Shown: one piece after another, positions 37,815 to 41,157 of the stretch
Numbering within the stretch: the stretch's first letter is position 1
How the letters are laid out: every line of letters starts with the position of its first letter
Source of the DNA: a virus
Taxonomy: Duplodnaviria > Heunggongvirae > Uroviricota > Caudoviricetes
Strand: one strand, 5' to 3'
DNA: 41,157 nt
IMG/VR virus record: IMGVR_UViG_2648501336_000006
Location: 1 to 41,157 of that record
Translations under genes and position numbers: made by a program
Notes under the pieces: generated by a model
Told to the model about the DNA's origin: nothing
Databases searched by the model: none
The model's input: only the letters and a program-made list of their open reading frames with translations

Positions 37815-37840
37815 AACCCGCTTAATCGCGGGTTTTTTCT
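37815..37840. terminator. Bidirectional terminator hairpin between the ant-region gene and the convergent Mnt-like gene
   Basis: ACCCGC-TTAATC-GCGGGT followed by TTTTTTCTTTCC on plus; A/T-rich on the other side. Confidence 0.65.
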
Positions 37841-38079
37841 TTCCTTAGAATTTCAGCCGCAACTTCTTTTACTCGTTCCGAGATTAATGAGGCCAGCCTC
37901 TCTTCTTCATCACGATACCCGCTTACAGGTGATGGTTTGGAGAGTGATTCTTCCATCGTAGCCACAATTTCGGAATTGATAGACCTGTTATTCATTTTTG
38001 CACGCTGCTTAATCTTAGCGTGCAACTCGTGTGTAAGCCTCAAGTGGAACTGCGCCTCATCGTATTTGCTGTACATCAT
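37822..38079 (-). CDS. Second Mnt-like ribbon-helix-helix repressor, 85 aa, divergent from the tailspike gene
   Basis: FHLRLTHELHAKIKQRAKMNNRSINSEIVATMEESLSKPSPVSGYRDEEERLA closely parallels P22 Mnt (RSMNSELLQIVQDALSKPSPVTGYRNDAERLA) as recalled. Confidence 0.8.
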   Translation of the reverse strand: MMYSKYDEAQFHLRLTHELHAKIKQRAKMNNRSINSEIVATMEESLSKPSPVSGYRDEEERLASLISERVKEVAAEILRKEKTRD

Positions 38080-38211
38080 CAATGCCTCACCAAATGGGTG
38101 GAATGGCATCGTAAAACCCACTGTACAAATCAACAATCGTACCGTTTCGGTATGTAACAAATGCCAACCGTAGCCATGCTGCGGCCATTCCTTGTATCTG
38201 GAGCAAATTAA

Positions 38212-41157
38212 ATGACAGACATTACAGCCAATGTTGTAGTGAGTATGCCTTCGCAACTCTTCACTATGGCGCGTTCTTTTAAAGCCGTAGCCAATGGCAA
38301 AATTTATATCGGAAAAATTGACACTGACCCGGTAAATCCTGAAAACCAGATTCAGGTTTATGTAGAGAACGAAGATGGATCTCACGTTCCTGTTTCTCAA
38401 CCAATCATCATTAACGCTGCTGGATATCCGGTATATAACGGACAGATTGCCAAATTCGTTACCGTGCAAGGCCATTCTATGGCTGTTTATGATGCGTATG
38501 GTGCGCAGCAGTTCTATTTTCCTAATGTGCTGAAGTATGATCCTGATCAGTTACGGCAGCAATTAGAAGACACAGATGGAGCGAATAAATACCCAAAACT
38601 TCAGATAGCAAGATGGAGAGACAGTTATGATGTAAGAGGTTGGGGGGCTATTGGTGATGGTGTTCATGATGACACATCAGCTCTATCAGAATTACTTTCT
38701 GTTGCAACAGGTGGTGAAAAGATAGATGGGCGAGGGCTTACTTTTAAAGTATCAACTCTTCCAGATGTCAGTCGATTTAAAAATGCTCGTTTTTTATTTG
38801 AGAGAATACCGGGTCAGCCTCTTTTTTATGCTTCTGAAGATTTTATCCAGGGAGAGTTATTTAAAATTACAGATACACCGTGGTACAACGCCTGGACGCA
38901 GGATAAAACGTTTGTATATGACAATGTCATCTATGCGCCTTTTATGGCTGGAGACCGCCATGGTGTAAATAACCTCCATGTTGCATGGGTTCGCTCAGGA
39001 GATGACGGGAAGACCTGGACAACGCCGGAATGGCTTACAGATTTACATGAAAACTATCCCACAGTTAACTATCACTGCATGAGTATGGGGGTTGTCAGAA
39101 ATCGCCTTTTTGCTGTAATTGAGACGCGGACCGTGAGCGGAAATAAACTGCAGGTTGCAGAGTTGTGGGATCGCCCAATGAGTCGCAGCCTTCGCGTTTA
39201 TGGTGGTATAACGAAAGCAGCAAATCAGCAAGTCGCTTATATTCGCATTACTGATCACGGATTATTTGCTGGTGATTTTGTCAACTTCTCAAACTCTGGT
39301 GTTACAGGTGTTACCGGGAATATGACGGTGACTACTGTCATTGATAAAAATACTTTTACAGTTACGACGCAAAATACCCAGGATGTGGATCAGAATAACG
39401 AGGGTAGATACTGGAGTTTTGGTACATCATTTCACTCGTCACCATGGAGAAAAACCAGTCTTGGAACTATTCCTTCTTTTGTTGACGGAAGCACTCCTGT
39501 TACTGAGATTCACAGTTTTGCGACGATTAGCGATAACAGTTTTGCTGTTGGCTACCATAATGGTGATATTGGTCCACGCGAGCTTGGGATACTCTATTTC
39601 TCTGATGCTTTCGGTTCTCCTGGTAGCTTTGTTCGCAGACGCATACCTGTAGAATATGAGGCGAATGCATCTGAGCCATGTGTAAAATATTATGATGGCA
39701 TTCTGTATCTGACGACCAGGGGGACATTAAGTACTCAACCCGGTAGTTCATTGCACAGAAGCTCTGATTTAGGTACATCATGGAATTCTCTTCGCTTCCC
39801 AAATAATGTTCATCACTCAAACCTTCCTTTTGCCAAAGTTGGCGATGAGCTGATTATTTTTGGCAGTGAGCGCGCATTTGGTGAGTGGGAAGGAGGAGAA
39901 CCTGATAACCGTTATGCAGGAAATTATCCAAGAACATTTATGACCAGAGTTAACGTCAATGAGTGGAGTCTGGATAATGTAGAGTGGGTTAATGTTACTG
40001 ATCAGATTTATCAGGGCGGAATAGTTAACTCTGCGGTTGGTGTTGGTTCAGTTTGTATCAAAGACAACTGGCTGTACTACATTTTCGGTGGGGAAGACTT
40101 TCTAAACCCATGGAGCATAGGGGATAACAACAGAAAATATCCTTATGTTCACGATGGTCACCCGGCTGATTTGTATTGTTTCAGGGTGAAAATTAAACAG
40201 GAAGAATTTGTTTCAAGGGATTTTGTCTACGGAGCCACTCCTAACAGAACGCTTCCTACTTTTATGTCGACGTCAGGCGTGAGGACGGTTCCTGTACCCG
40301 TTGATTTCACAGATGATGTTGCCGTCCAGTCACTGACTGTCCATGCCGGTACATCAGGACAAGTTCGCGCGGAAGTCAAACTTGAGGGTAATTACGCCAT
40401 TATTGCGAAGAAAGTACCGTCTGATGATGTTACCGCTCAGAGATTAATCGTTAGCGGCGGTGAAACAACGTCTTCAGCAGATGGTGCAATGATAACGTTG
40501 CATGGTTCCGGAAGCAGTACTCCACGTCGCGCGGTATATAACGCACTCGAACATCTTTTTGAGAACGGAGATGTTAAACCTTATCTTGATAATGTAAATG
40601 CTCTTGGTGGTCCGGGAAACAGGTTCTCGACAGTTTATCTTGGCTCCAATCCTGTGGTTACCAGTGACGGAACATTAAAGACAGAGCCGGTCTCTCCTGA
40701 CGAAGCATTGCTGGATGCCTGGGGTGACGTCAGGTATATCGCTTATAAATGGCTGAACGCTGTCGCTATAAAGGGAGAAGAAGGGGCGAGGATACATCAT
40801 GGTGTAATCGCGCAGCAACTTCGTGATGTTCTTATTTCTCACGGACTCATGGAAGAAGAAAGCACAACATGCCGCTATGCCTTTCTTTGCTATGACGATT
40901 ATCCCGCAGTATATGATGACGTCATTACTGGCCAAAGGGAAATTCCGCTGACTGATAATGACGGGAGCATCATTGTTGATGAGGATGATAATCCAGTGAT
41001 GGTAATGGAAGACATCATTGAGCGCGTTGAAATAACGCCAGCAGGATCTAGATGGGGAGTCAGACCTGATCTCTTATTCTATATCGAGGCAGCATGGCAG
41101 CGCAGAGAAATAGAGAGAATAAAAGCTAGGTTAGACTTAATAGAAGGGAAGCACTAA
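38212..41157 (+). CDS. Tailspike: P22-type head-binding domain + endosialidase-like beta-propeller + C-terminal intramolecular chaperone domain, 981 aa
   Basis: N-terminus [43 protein letters not shown] matches P22 gp9 head-binding domain; Asp-boxes SGDDGKTW and SSDLGTSW; C-terminal SDGTLK (Ser818/Lys823) resembles the autoproteolytic S/K dyad of endosialidase chaperone domains. Confidence 0.85.
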   Translation: MTDITANVVVSMPSQLFTMARSFKAVANGKIYIGKIDTDPVNPENQIQVYVENEDGSHVPVSQPIIINAAGYPVYNGQIAKFVTVQGHSMAVYDAYGAQQFYFPNVLKYDPDQLRQQLEDTDGANKYPKLQIARWRDSYDVRGWGAIGDGVHDDTSALSELLSVATGGEKIDGRGLTFKVSTLPDVSRFKNARFLFERIPGQPLFYASEDFIQGELFKITDTPWYNAWTQDKTFVYDNVIYAPFMAGDRHGVNNLHVAWVRSGDDGKTWTTPEWLTDLHENYPTVNYHCMSMGVVRNRLFAVIETRTVSGNKLQVAELWDRPMSRSLRVYGGITKAANQQVAYIRITDHGLFAGDFVNFSNSGVTGVTGNMTVTTVIDKNTFTVTTQNTQDVDQNNEGRYWSFGTSFHSSPWRKTSLGTIPSFVDGSTPVTEIHSFATISDNSFAVGYHNGDIGPRELGILYFSDAFGSPGSFVRRRIPVEYEANASEPCVKYYDGILYLTTRGTLSTQPGSSLHRSSDLGTSWNSLRFPNNVHHSNLPFAKVGDELIIFGSERAFGEWEGGEPDNRYAGNYPRTFMTRVNVNEWSLDNVEWVNVTDQIYQGGIVNSAVGVGSVCIKDNWLYYIFGGEDFLNPWSIGDNNRKYPYVHDGHPADLYCFRVKIKQEEFVSRDFVYGATPNRTLPTFMSTSGVRTVPVPVDFTDDVAVQSLTVHAGTSGQVRAEVKLEGNYAIIAKKVPSDDVTAQRLIVSGGETTSSADGAMITLHGSGSSTPRRAVYNALEHLFENGDVKPYLDNVNALGGPGNRFSTVYLGSNPVVTSDGTLKTEPVSPDEALLDAWGDVRYIAYKWLNAVAIKGEEGARIHHGVIAQQLRDVLISHGLMEEESTTCRYAFLCYDDYPAVYDDVITGQREIPLTDNDGSIIVDEDDNPVMVMEDIIERVEITPAGSRWGVRPDLLFYIEAAWQRREIERIKARLDLIEGKH

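Larger units (their letters stand above)
1331..41157. mobile_element. Mosaic lambdoid/P22-like prophage (left end to tailspike; right end and attR lie beyond the window)
   Basis: Contiguous phage gene order from attL-int-xis through the early, immunity, replication, nin, lysis, head, ejection, immI and tailspike modules. Confidence 0.95.

Noticed and set aside
1-41157. CRISPR arrays, insertion sequences or transposase genes
   Set aside because: No direct-repeat/spacer arrays and no transposase-like ORFs or terminal inverted repeats were seen; the only tandem repeats are the tail-needle 42-bp units and the origin iterons.

Overview
The window is the left ~40 kb of a mosaic lambdoid / P22-like prophage inserted at the E. 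coli lambda attachment site; all calls come from reading the sequence and the supplied ORF track, with no database search run. Bases 1-1284 are the host gene ybhC (minus strand), followed by a lambda-type attL core (GCTTTTTTATACTAA, 1331-1345) and lambda-like int/xis. A long leftward early operon follows (small ea-type genes, a DUF551 protein, a DnaQ-like exonuclease, SSB, a Rad52-like annealase, kil-like, cIII-like, two unknowns, N). The immunity region is P22-type (c2 repressor, cro, cII-like) with 18-bp TTAAGA-type operators, and N plus its nutL/nutR boxB hairpins look phage-21-like. Rightward come an O-like initiator with internal iterons, a DnaB-like helicase, a nin region (ninB, ninD, ninF, Rha/KilAC protein, rusA, ninH), Q, a pR'-like promoter with a close terminator, and a lysis cassette (dual-start holin, R21-type SAR endolysin, Rz with embedded Rz1). 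The virion module is Sf6/P22-like: terS, terL, portal, scaffold, coat, gp4, gp10, tail needle gp26 with C-terminal knob, gp14, and ejection proteins gp7/gp20/gp16. After gp16 there is an AT-rich cargo island, then an expanded immI-like region (ant, one Arc-like and three Mnt-like ribbon-helix-helix genes), and finally a 981-aa tailspike that ends exactly at the window edge, so attR is not in view. The tailspike has a P22-type head-binding N-terminus, sialidase Asp-boxes and a C-terminal self-cleaving chaperone domain, pointing to a K1-capsule endosialidase. The best candidate for an undescribed system is the two-gene operon at 34220-35091 (a Panacea/DUF4065-like protein plus an unrecognisable 140-aa partner) in the cargo island, together with an oppositely oriented small secreted protein beside it. 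Other unexplained items are a 207-aa protein in the N-cIII gap, an SSB with a 15-aa extension past the normally terminal DDDIPF tip, and a ~450-bp structured non-coding gap between Q and the holin.
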